A stretch of 64,000 bases of DNA from Phaeosaccion multiseriatum (Eukaryota > Protista > Ochrophyta, other classes): the NCBI GenBank assembly GCA_965112735.1, contig OZ218965.1:310001-374000 (forward strand). The letters run 5' to 3'. Within the stretch, counting starts at the first letter, position 1; every line of letters starts with the position of its first letter. The notes beneath the pieces are model-generated. The model made no database searches. It had not been told where the DNA came from and was given only the letters and a program-made list of their open reading frames with translations. Below, one piece after another: positions 37,730-49,054 of the stretch. The translations under genes were made by a program, and so were the position numbers.

Positions 37730-40299
37730 ATGAAGTTCCTTCGGTCGGCGGCGGTGGCGGCGCTGCTGGGGTGCGCGGCGCCTCTTTGCAGTCTGGCGCA
37801 GGAAGAGGCAGGGGAGAAGGATGCACTGGGCACAGTCATCGGCATTGACCTGGGCACCACCTACTCGTGCGTGGGGGCCTACAAGAATGGGCGTGTGGAG
37901 ATCATTGCCAACGACCAGGGAAACCGAATCACGCCGTCGTATGTGGCGTGGGACAGCAACTATGAGCGATTGATTGGGGATGCTGCCAAGAACCAGGCCA
38001 CGGTGAACCCCGAGACCACGGTGTTCGATGTGAAGCGCCTCATCGGGCGTAACTTTAACGACAAGTCTGTGCAGTCGGACATGAAGCTCTTCCCCTTCAA
38101 GATTGTCAACAGGGACAGCAAGCCCAATGTGCAGGTGAACCTGGGGGGAGACACCAAGGTGTACGCTCCGGAGGAGATTTCCGCAATGATTTTGGTGCGG
38201 ATGAAGGAGATTGCGGAGTCCTTCCTCGGAAAGGACATTGGCAACGCCGTGGTGACAGTGCCCGCGTACTTTAACGACGCTCAGCGCCAGGCCACCAAGG
38301 ACGCCGGAACCATCTCGGGTCTGTCGGTGGAGAGGATTATCAACGAGCCCACCGCGGCGGCCATTGCCTACGGCCTGGACAAGAAGGGCGAGAAGAACAT
38401 TCTCGTGTTCGACCTGGGAGGAGGTACTTTCGACGTGACGCTGCTCACCATCGACAACGGCGTGTTCGAGGTGCTGGCCACCAACGGAGACACCCACCTG
38501 GGAGGCGAGGACTTCGACCAGCGGGTCATGCAGTACTTCATCAAGATGCTCAAAAAGAAGGTGAGCAGAGCAGGCAGAGAGGGGAGGGTAGGGCAGAGGG
38601 GCTGAGGAGTGGGTGTTGATTCTTTCCGTCTCGCGCCGTTGTGGTGGTTCGTTAAGTTCATTCCATCTTCTTGTGCTTCGCTCCGCTCTCCGCTCTCCGC
38701 TCACCCCTTTCCGCTTCTCTGTTCTTACTTACTTGCTTGCTTGCTTGCTTGCAGGAGGGCACGGACATCACCGGCGACAAGCGAGCGCTGCAGAAGTTGC
38801 GAAGAGAGGTGGAGCGCGTGAAGCGAGTGCTTTCCACACAGCACCAGGCCCGAGTGGAGATTGAGTCTCTGTTCGACGGCATTGACTTCTCCGAGACGCT
38901 CACTCGCGCGCGATTCGAGGAGCTGAACGTGGATTTGTTTAAGAAGACGCTTGGGCCCGTTGGGAAGGTCATGACGGACGCTGACATGGGCAAGGACGAG
39001 GTGGATGAGATTGTACTGGTGGGGGGCTCAACGCGTATCCCCAAGGTGCAGTCTCTGCTGCAGGAGTACTTTGATGGCAAGGAGCCCTCCAAGGGAATCA
39101 ACCCCGACGAGGCTGTGGCATACGGAGCCGCCGTGCAGGGAGGCATCCTCTCGGGCGAGGCGGAGGCAGAGACCACTGGCCTGCTGCTGCTGGACGTGAC
39201 CCCTCTGTCTCAGGGAATCGAGACGGTCGGCGGAGTCATGACCAAGATCATTAACCGCAACACCGTCATCCCCACCAAGAAGTCGCAGACCTTCTCTACG
39301 TACCAGGACAACCAGCCCGCCGTGCTTATCCAAGTGTTCGAAGGCGAGCGATCCATGACCAAGGACAATCACATCCTCGGAAAGTTCGAGCTTACCTCCA
39401 TCCCCCCCGCCCCCCGAGGAGTGCCCCAGATCGAGGTCACCTTCGAGATCGACGCTAACGGTATTCTGCAGGTCAGTGGGGTCGGTTGGCTAGTCGGTTG
39501 GCTGACCACTTGGCTGAGAGGTGGTAGAGGTGGTAGAGGTCGGTAGAGGGGTGGTTGGTCTTCTCTTCTCTTGTGTTGCGTGTGCGAGGGGAGACTCATT
39601 TTTGGACCTTCCCTTCTTTCTTCGTATGCCTTGCTTTCTTACCGCCGCAGGTGAGCGCCCAGGACAAGGCCACAGGAAAGGCAGAGAAGATCACCATCAC
39701 CGCCGACAAGGGACGCCTCAGCGAGGACGAGATCGAGCGCATGGTCAAGGAGGCAGAGGAGTATGCAGAGGAGGACAAGAAGGTTCGGCAGCGCATCGAC
39801 TCGCGCAACTCGCTCGAGTCCTACCTGTACAACCTCAAGAATCTGCTGGACGATGACGAGAAGGGTTTGGCAGACAAGCTGTCCGAGGCGGACAAGGAGG
39901 AGCTGGAGAGCACCATCACTGAGGCGTTGGACTGGCTTGACGAGACACCGGAGGCAGAGCTGGAGGATCTTAAGGACAAGCAGAAGGAGGTGGAGGCGGT
40001 GGCAAACCCCATCATGAAGGACCTGTATCAGGCCAACCCCGGGGCAGGTGGGGGAGGAGACGACGAGGACGACTACTCTTTCGGAGATGACGAGGTGAGA
40101 GAGGGATGGACGGATGGACGGATGGACGGAGTGCGGGGTGTGGGATAGATGGAAGGGGTCTTCCACAGGATGCTTTGCTTTGCTTGGCTTTCCTCGCGAC
40201 TTGTGCGGTCCATCTCAACGCCTCTTCTTACCACTCACCCCACCCCCGTCTCCTGCCACTTCCGTCTCCTTCCTCTCCCTCTCTGTCTCGCAGCTATGA
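37730..40299 (+). CDS. BIP: ER luminal Hsp70 chaperone BiP/GRP78
   Basis: Signal peptide, [39 protein letters not shown]. Exons 37730-38560, 38755-39471, 39651-40094 and 40294-40299 give the C-terminus DDEL*. Confidence 0.97.
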
Positions 40300-40521
40300 G
40301 GAGCTCCGTGCATCATTTGGACACAATTAGTACGTGTAACTGTTGGGCCCCGCTACAGCCGTAAAGTATATATAAAGTAGGCTGCTGACTGACTATTAAG
40401 AACCCAAATATAGGTATGCACATCTTATGCCGCCTTGTCATGAGTTTATGGATATCGAAACACAATGTCGAGGCTCCTTGTCATTGAGACGTATGGATAT
40501 CGACATCCAATGTCGAGGCTC

Positions 40522-40940
40522 CTACAGCTCCCAGTCGTCCCCGTCGGCAGCGGTGGTGGAGCTCTCCGTTATGTTGTTCTTGACCACGTCCTGACACCGA
40601 GGAGGGCAAGAGAGAGGGTGGTGGGTGATGTATATATTACCACAGCAGCAGCAGCACCACCACCAACAGATTGCAATAGCCTCGGCAGCAGCACCACCAA
40701 CAGAGATAGACGACGGGGAGAAATGAGGACTAGGAGGCCTAACGCACCCACGCACCCATCCATCCATCCACGCGAGTACTCCTTACCTGTCCGTTGTAGA
40801 AATCTACCATCTGGTCTGCGGTGGTGGCCTGCTCGGGGCTCTTGTCAGGCCTCTCGCGCAGCAGCCGAGGGAAGCGGATACTTACGCCCCGTAAGGCGTC
40901 CGCACGCTCCACCTGTGTGTGGAGACAGTGAGAGAGCGAG

Positions 40941-40996
<56 letters not shown>

Positions 40997-42721
40997 GAGA
41001 GAGAGAGAGAGAGAAGAGAGAGAGGTGTATGGGTTAGCCAGGAGTCCACCATCAAACAGCAATTTCGTTCGATCTAATACAATGTATGAGTTCAGTGTCA
41101 TATTAACCCACCTTGCCGCGCGCACACGTGTGCACCGGGCTCTTGCTGAGGTCCGCTGCCTTCACCTCCCACACGGCGGAGGGGCGGAACCACACGTCGG
41201 GCACGAGCACGTCACTGACCATGTAGTAGTTGGGCTTGCGCTCCACAATCTCCTGTGGAGGGGCGGCATTTGAGGGGAAGGGGGCAGGGGCACAGGGCCA
41301 TGGAATGCTGTCAGACTCTTTGCCCCGGTGGGGTCACACACACGCACACGCACACCCTCACACACGCACACGCACACACTCACACACGCACACGCACACT
41401 CACACACTCACACACTCACACACTCACACACACACACACTCACACGCACACACACCCGCACATACCTCCTTGAGCTTGTCGTTGAGGGCCTGCAGCTGCT
41501 CGTCCTTGAAGCCCGTGCCGATCTTGCACACCGTCTGGTACTCCTCCGAGTCAGGTTCGTAACACGCCAGCAGGTACGCACCGAACTTGCCCGTCCTCTT
41601 GCCGCGGCCGTGGAATGCCCCTATCGGAACGAGGTCCATCGAGTCCGCGGCACCTCCATCGGCTTGGTCCAGGTAGTCTTTCTTGAGCTTGATCCAATTG
41701 AGAGACCTCTTGGTGGGTTCGTAGGTGGCGTTGTGCGTGAGGGTCTTGACCATGATCCCCTCGCAGTTGCCTCGGATGGACTGCTCGATGAACTCCTCAA
41801 TGGGCAGCGTGTCGCCGTCCTCCTGATGGTCCAGAGACACGGCGAAGCGGAACTTTCCGTCCACCTACGGCCCCAGGGAAGGAGCCGAACAAGACCCAGT
41901 CAGGGTTTAGTTGAAGATGAAGTTGAACTTTAGTCACCAAACTTTACACCGCACTTCGCCATGGTGCCTCCTTCCCCCCTCCCTCCCTTCCCCCTCTCCT
42001 CCCTCCCTCCCTCCCTCCTTCTCCTCGCTCCCTCCCTCCCTCCCTCCTCCCTCCCCCTCTCCCTCCCTCCCTCCCTCCCTCCCTCCCTCCCTCCCTTCCT
42101 CCCTCTACTCCCCCCCCCCCCCTCCCTCCCTCCCTTCCTCCCTCTCCTCGCTCGCTCCCTCCCTCCCTCTCCTCCCTCCCTCCCTCCCTCCCTCCCTCCC
42201 TCGCTCCCTCCCTCCCTCCCTCCCTCTCTCCTTCCCTCCCTCCCTCCCTTCCTCCCTCTCCTCCCTTCCTCCCTCTCCTCCCTCCCTCCCTCTCTCTCTC
42301 CCTCCCTCTCTCTCTCCCTCCCTCTCTCCCTTCCTCCCTCCCTCCCATCAACTGCCATCCCTCGCTCCCTCTATCCCTCTCTCACCTCCTTGCACGTCTC
42401 CTTGAGTATTTTGCGCCTCTCCTGCAGGGGCTTGGCGAGCTGACTCTCGCCGTTGACATACAAAATGTCGAAGGCCTCGAGAATGACCGTCACCTTGATG
42501 TCCTCCGCGCTCTCGTCCTTCTTCTTGCGCGTGCTAAGCACCTGAATGTGTGTGTGGGCGCGTGCGTGAGAGGGGGTTCTCAATTTCAATCGGAATTGCA
42601 ATCGGATTGTGTGTCGGGGCCGCCCGACCGACGAGACAAAAGGCGAATATAGGGCACACACACCACAACACATTAGCAATCCTTCGCGGAAGGGGGGCAG
42701 ACTGATGTCTATACACACACA

Positions 42722-42812
<91 letters not shown>

Positions 42813-45759
42813 GGAAGGGGAGGAGACTGTCCTTCTCTGTGTCGTAGGCCACTGCCTCAGCGTCGATGATGAAGGACTGCACGCCCTCGTTGATGCTCTG
42901 CTGCATGATTGGCACAAGGTCAGGGAACTTGGTGGTCGTGTCGTCGAGGTTTCGCGAGAAGAAGCGCAGGGAGCCGTCTGGGAGCAGGTGCACCTGAGCA
43001 CGCGGGAGGGCAGGGAGGCGATGGGAACGGCATAGCACCCGTCATGAGGTAATAAGGTCTGGAAGCCCGATTGGGCAGAACGCGTGGAGTCTTGGGCCTC
43101 TTGTATGCGATGCCCAACCCATTCATCCACCCACGCACGCACGCGCGCACGCACGCACGCACGCATGCACCTGTTTCCCTGCCCACGCACGCACGCACAC
43201 ACGCATGTACCTGCTTCCCTGCCCACGCACGCACGCACCCACACGCACACACCCATCCACTCCATCACGCCCACCCGCACCCCACCCGCACCTGCACACC
43301 CATTGACTTATGACCCAGCAACGCACCCACCACCCACGCATGCACCCACGCACACCCACACACACCCTTACACACGCACGCACACACGCACCTGGCAGCG
43401 CTCTCCATCGTACTTGTACTCGCAGGTGAAGAGCTCTCCCGACATGCGCTCCAGCATCTTCTTCACTGACTTCTCCGCCTTGGCGCACATGGGCATCACA
43501 GGGATGCCCGCCTGTCAAGGTATTGGATGGCAGGTGATGGCAGTGGGTGGTAGTGGATGGTAGGGAATGGCAGTGGATGGAGGGGGGCGGGGGGGGGGGA
43601 GAGAAGCGGGGGCGACGTTGTTGAGTTTCGAGACAGCCGCAAGCCGGAGGGGGGGGGGGGATCGGCTCACATCACACGCGTACACACACACCTTGAGATG
43701 GCAGTGGGTGTGCAGTTTGTGCAGCGGCGCGGACAGAATACCCTCGACCACCGCCTCATGGCTGGAGCACTCGCTGTAGCACTGCTTCACTAGCAGAGTG
43801 GCTGCCGTGAGCTTGTCCTCTAGGCTCTTGGCCCGTCGTAACTGCTTGCCGAAGTCGGTCCCCGCACTGCTGCTGCTGCTGCTGCTGCTAGACTTTTCTT
43901 TCTTCTTGGCGGCCTTTTCCTTGTCCACACCCTCGCTTTCCTCCTCTTTCGTCTCTCCCTCCTTCTCCTCCTTCTCCTCGCCTTTCCCTTCCTCCTCATT
44001 TGCCTCTCCCTCCTTCTCCTTTGTGTCGCCCTCCTCCTCCTTCTTCTCCCCCTCCTCCTCCTCCTCCTGCTGCTGCTCCTCCTCCTCCTTCTCCTCCTCC
44101 TTCTCCTCCTCCTCCTCCTCCTTCGCCTCTTCCTCCTCTTCTTCCTCCTCCTCTTCCTCCTCTTCTGCCTCCACGTCGTCGGCCGCCACCACACAGGGGT
44201 GACTGACCGCGGCATGGGCCAGCGAAGTGAGCACAGTCTCGAGGGCCAAGCCAATGCGCAACTTGCCCTGCAGCCCTCGGATGATGTACTTGGCCTCCAG
44301 AGTCGTCGCACATCGCAGCAGCCCGACGATGGTGTCCACCTGCGACAAGAGAGGAGAGGCACACCCAAGAGAGGGAGGGGAGGGGAGGGGTAGACAAGAG
44401 AGCGGCAGACGACAGAGGGGCACACAATAGAGAGGGGGTGTGCGGAAAGGACGACGGGCTGAGAGTGAGAGCCGCGAACCCTGCCTCAGCTCTCGCTACG
44501 TAAGTCTGCTGGCTGAGAGGAGGCCGGAGCGCGGGCCAGACACAAGGTGCACACAGCGCCTGCCTTACCCACCCACCCACCCACCCACCCACCCACACTA
44601 CCTCCTCACATACCTATACCCACATACCCACACACCTTTCTATCCTGACTCTTATTCCCGCTCATGGCTGCGATGGAGCGGAAGGCCTTGATCACAGACA
44701 CAGCGGTGAGCGGCTTGGGCTTGGCCCCGAAGCCGAGGGTGCGCTGCTTGCCGCGTGAGTTCTGTGCGATGAGGCCCAAGTCGCCCTGCTTGTCGTAATC
44801 GGCCTTGATGTCCTTCGGCTTGCGGCCTGGGGGACAGAGGAGGTGAAGGTCAGGGTGAAGGAGCCCGGGTGAAAGTCAGAGTGAAGAAGGGGGCACGGCA
44901 AAGGGAGCAACGTCAAGGGGGCAGGCTCGTGGGTCGTGGGTCATGGGTCAGGGTCAGGGTCAGGGCAGGGTCAGCATCGAGATGCAGGGCCTACCTGTGC
45001 TCTGGGAGATGGCCTTGATGAGGATGGCGTCCCCGATGCCGAGCTCTCCATTGGGCTCATACGGGGCCGCCACCTTGTTGATGGTGAGGCACACGCATTT
45101 ACCCAGGTCAGCTGGGCTCAGGGCCATCACCTGTAAGGCAAGGCACCGGAGGTGAGTGAGTTGCAGTTTCAGAGCAATAGACGGCCCTTAGGCAATCAGA
45201 CAGTGCCAAACAAGACTGACGAAGGGTGAGGGAGGTGCAGTTTCAGAGCAATAGACGGCCCTTAGGCAATCAGACAGTGCCAAACAAGACTGACGAAGGG
45301 TGAGGGAGTTGCAGTTTCAGAGCAATAGACGGCCCTTAGGCAATCAGACAGTGCCAAACAAGACTGACGAAGGGTGAGGGAGGTGCAGTTTCAGAGCAAT
45401 AGACGGCCCTTAGGCAATCAGACAGTGCCAAACAAGACTGACGAAGGGTGAGGGAGGTGCAGTTTCAGAGCAATAGACGGCCCTTAGGCAATCAGACAGT
45501 GCCAAACAAGACTGACGAAGGGTGAGGGAGGTGCAGTTTCAGAGCAATAGACGGCCCTTAGGCAATCAGACAGTGCCAAACAAGACTGACGAAGGGTGAG
45601 GGAGCCGCACACGCAGGCACCTCAGCAAGAGGAGCAGAGGGGCCAAGCTCAGCAGGCAAGCAAGTGATGTGTCTTGGGCACTCCCTCCCCCCAAAGAGCC
45701 AATCTCGACTGCCTCCGCTCTCGTCCATATGTCCTCGATGCCTCCCCCTTGCCCTCTGG

Positions 45760-45799
<40 letters not shown>

Positions 45800-47169
45800 G
45801 CACACACACACACATACACACACACGCGTACCTGTACGAAGAGCCCTCGAACAATCTCTTGAATCTCCAGGCGGCCTGAGATGCCCTCGATACGGTCGAA
45901 CTTGCCAGCCACTGCAGCGAAGGGCGTGTCCTCTCCCTTCTTCCAGCCAGCAGCCTCCACCAGCTCCTCCGTGCTGAGCTTCTTCACCCCCCCTCCTGCA
46001 GTCTTTCCCTTGCCCTTGCCCTTGGCCTTTCCTGCTGAGGCCTTGGTGCTGCCTGCCATCAGAATCGCGTTCGCACACTTCTTAGACTTCTTACCGTCCT
46101 CCTCCTCTTCCTCCTCCTCATCATCATCCTCCTCCGCCTCCGCCTCCTCCTCCTCCGCCTCCTCCTTCTTCTCCTCCTTCTCCTCCTCGTCCTCCTCCTC
46201 CTCCTTCTCCCCCCCCTCCTCCTCCATGTCCTCCTCCCCCCCCTCCTTCTCCGCCACCACCTCCACCTCCTTCCCATTAACACCTCCGTTAGCAGTGATT
46301 TCTTTGCTTGCCTTGGCCTCAGCGCTACTGCCGCCGGCCTCTTTGGTAGATTTGGCCTTGCCATTGGCCTTACCCCCGCTGTCTTTGGTGGCCTTGGCCT
46401 TGGCATTGGCCTTGTTAAACATGCTCGCTAGAGGTCCAGGTATAATCTTCTCGTCTTCTTCACCAGTCTCCCCCATAGTCACGTCCTCATCCTCGTCGTC
46501 GTCGCTTTCCACCTCCACCACCTTCCTCAACCTCTTCTTCTTCCTCGGAGGAGGGGAAGCGGCGCCACCCTCCTTGTCCTCCTGTTCCTCCTGGTCCTTG
46601 GACGTGTCAATGGCCATTGGCGAAGCCGGAGCACCAGCAGCATCATCATCAGCGCTGCTAGATTTGACCTCGTCCTTACCCTCGGGCTTGTCCTGCTTCT
46701 CTTCTACCGCGGCTGCTACTTCTTGCGCTTTCTTCGCGGGGGCGGGCTTTGACGTTCCTTTGGCTTTGGGCTTGGCCTTGGCCTTGCTCTCGGTCTTGCC
46801 CTTGGTGGAAGCGCCCTTACCAGCACCACGCTTCCCACCTGCAGGCACCTTGGAGTCTGCAGCCGGGGCGGGAGCTGCGCCCTTGCCAACTCCGCCTCCC
46901 CCGAAGAAGGAGCTGAAGGAGGAGGAGGGGAGGAGAGGAGAGGGGGGATTCAAAAAAGGAGCGGCAGCGCGAGAGCCGTAGGGAAGGCCAGGAAAGAATA
47001 AGGAGAAGGCCAAACAGGAAAGGAGGAGATCAATTGAAGCCTGCCAACAGACGCCCGCCATTACGAGCAGCAGCATCAGTGGGGAGAGGAATGAAAGGCA
47101 AGTTGGCGGGAGAGGATCGAGAACCGCGCTGAACCCTTCAACCACATACCGAATGGAGGGCTGTGACAT
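40522..47169 (-). CDS. LIG1: DNA ligase I (ATP-dependent)
   Basis: N-terminal PIP box MSQPSIR|SFF spans intron 1. Motifs CEYKYDGERCQ, EGIMVK, WIKLKKDY, DLVPIGAFHGRGKR, VCKIGTGF and SIRFPR are present. Final exon DVVKNN…DDWEL* ends at 40522. Confidence 0.95.
45163..45604. repeat. 74-bp minisatellite x6 in a LIG1 intron
   Basis: Units start at 45163, 45237, 45311, 45385, 45459 and 45533 and are near-identical. Confidence 0.95.
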
Positions 47170-47368
47170 TCTCACGCAGGCAGGTGCCCCGGATCCACCT
47201 GTCCTGTATATATAAGCAGTCAATCACCCACACAAAGGAGAGGAAAGAGAGGCGCTAGTTAAGGATTTAAAAAATCATGTCCCATGGTTTCCGTTCACTC
47301 ATTGCCGGTACGCGCCTTGCGCGTCCTTGGTGGCCTGCGCATCAAGGCCTGCTTCTCTGCGCAGCCGC
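47170..47368. promoter_or_regulatory. Putative bidirectional promoter between LIG1 and class II RNR
   Basis: About 200 bp between divergent ATGs, AT-richer than the flanks, with TATATATAAG at about 47207. Confidence 0.5.
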
Positions 47369-47647
47369 ATGCATGTCTCTTGGCGGAGAGTGCTGGGCGC
47401 GAGCTTGAGACACCGAGGCAAGACGGCAAGAAGGCACTCCGCATCGCTGCTGACTGGGCCTCAGGCTTGTGCCTGTCGGTGGACGAGGGAGGGGAAATGG
47501 GTAAGGCAGACAACGGGGGTGGCTTTGCAGCAGCAGCACCGGGGCGTGTCCAGTGCCTCCAACCGGAGACCGCTTTCGTCCGCAGCTCTGATGAGGGAGG
47601 AGCCAGATGCAGAGGAGGACAGCGAGTGGAGAAGTGTGCACGGGCAT

Positions 47648-47678
<31 letters not shown>

Positions 47679-48995
47679 GGCGGCGGAAGCCACACATGTG
47701 GGTCTCGTCGATCGATAGTAGGGATGCTGGCAGTGACGGTTTACTAGGGGTAGATGTGGTGCCTCCAGAGGGGGCAAACGCAGGAGTGACGAGTTTTGCG
47801 CTTGATGGCGACTTTATCGAGGAGTGGCGCCACAAGACGCCGCCTTTTGGCTTCAACGGGCTGGGCGAGCTTGTGTTCCGGCGAACATACGCTCGATTCG
47901 TCGAGGAGGAGGGGGAGGAGGGCGATGAGGCAGACTCGGACCACTTGAGCGGGGAGGACGTGGGGGAAGGCGGCGAGGGAGAGGAGGGGGTGGAGAGGGC
48001 CGGGGGGGGGGCGCAGGGCAAGAGAAAGGAGGAGTGGTTCGAGACGGTGCAGCGCGTTGTGAATGGGACCTTCACCATGCAGAAGGAGTGGGCACACTTC
48101 CGAGGGGACATGGGCTGGGACGAGGAGGAGGCGCAAGCGCTGGCCCAGGAGATGTACAGGAGAATCTTCTTGATGAAGTTCCTGCCTCCGGGCAGAGGCT
48201 TGTGGGCCATGGGCACCAAGATGACCTCCGAAAGGCGCCTGTACGCTGCGCTGAACAACTGCGCCTTCGTGAGCACACAGCACCTGTCCGAGGACCCGGC
48301 GGGCCCCTTCTGCTTCCTGATGGACGCTTCCATGCTAGGGGTGGGGGTGGGCTTTGACACTCTGGGGGCCAACGCCGTGCGGGTGCGTGCGTGTGCTATA
48401 GTGTGGTAGTACCAACGTTGGTACCAACGTCGCACGCTTCCTCTCGATGACTAGTGCTGTTCCTGCTACTGGTATATGCTTTGCTGCCGCTACGGCTGAC
48501 ACACAACCTAACCTTTCACGTCATGTTTCACAGGTACAAGGCGCACTGCCCCCCGGGGAGGAGCGCATCGTGGTGGAGGACTCTCGGGAAGGGTGGCGAG
48601 ACAGCGTACAGGTCTTGCTGGAGGCCCACTTCCTCGGCCGGCCGCTCCCTGTGTTTGACACCTCTCTCGTCCGACCCGCCGGCTCCCCCATCAAGGGCTT
48701 TGGGGGGGTGTCGCAGGGCGCGGAGCCACTGCTCGAGCTGCACGAGGGCATCAAGGCCTGTCTAGGGCCGCTCAAGGGGAAGATGCTCACCGTTACGGCC
48801 CTCGTTGACATCATGAACCTCATCGGCAAGTGCGTTGTGGCGGGCAACGTGCGCAGGACGGCGGAGATTGCCTTCGGAGACTTCGACTCGGACGAGTACA
48901 TCGACCTCAAAGACTACACCAAGAACCCCGGAAGGCAGGCCTTTGGATGGACCAGCAACAACAGCGTGTTCGCAGAGCTGGACATGGACTACAAG

Positions 48996-49054
<59 letters not shown>

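Noticed and set aside
37517-38704. 395-aa ORF antisense to BiP
   Set aside because: Long antisense frames are a known by-product of Hsp70 codon usage in GC-rich genomes.
45163-45604. CRISPR array or tRNA cluster (74-bp period)
   Set aside because: Units are identical end to end, with no spacers and no cloverleaf or TTC loop visible.
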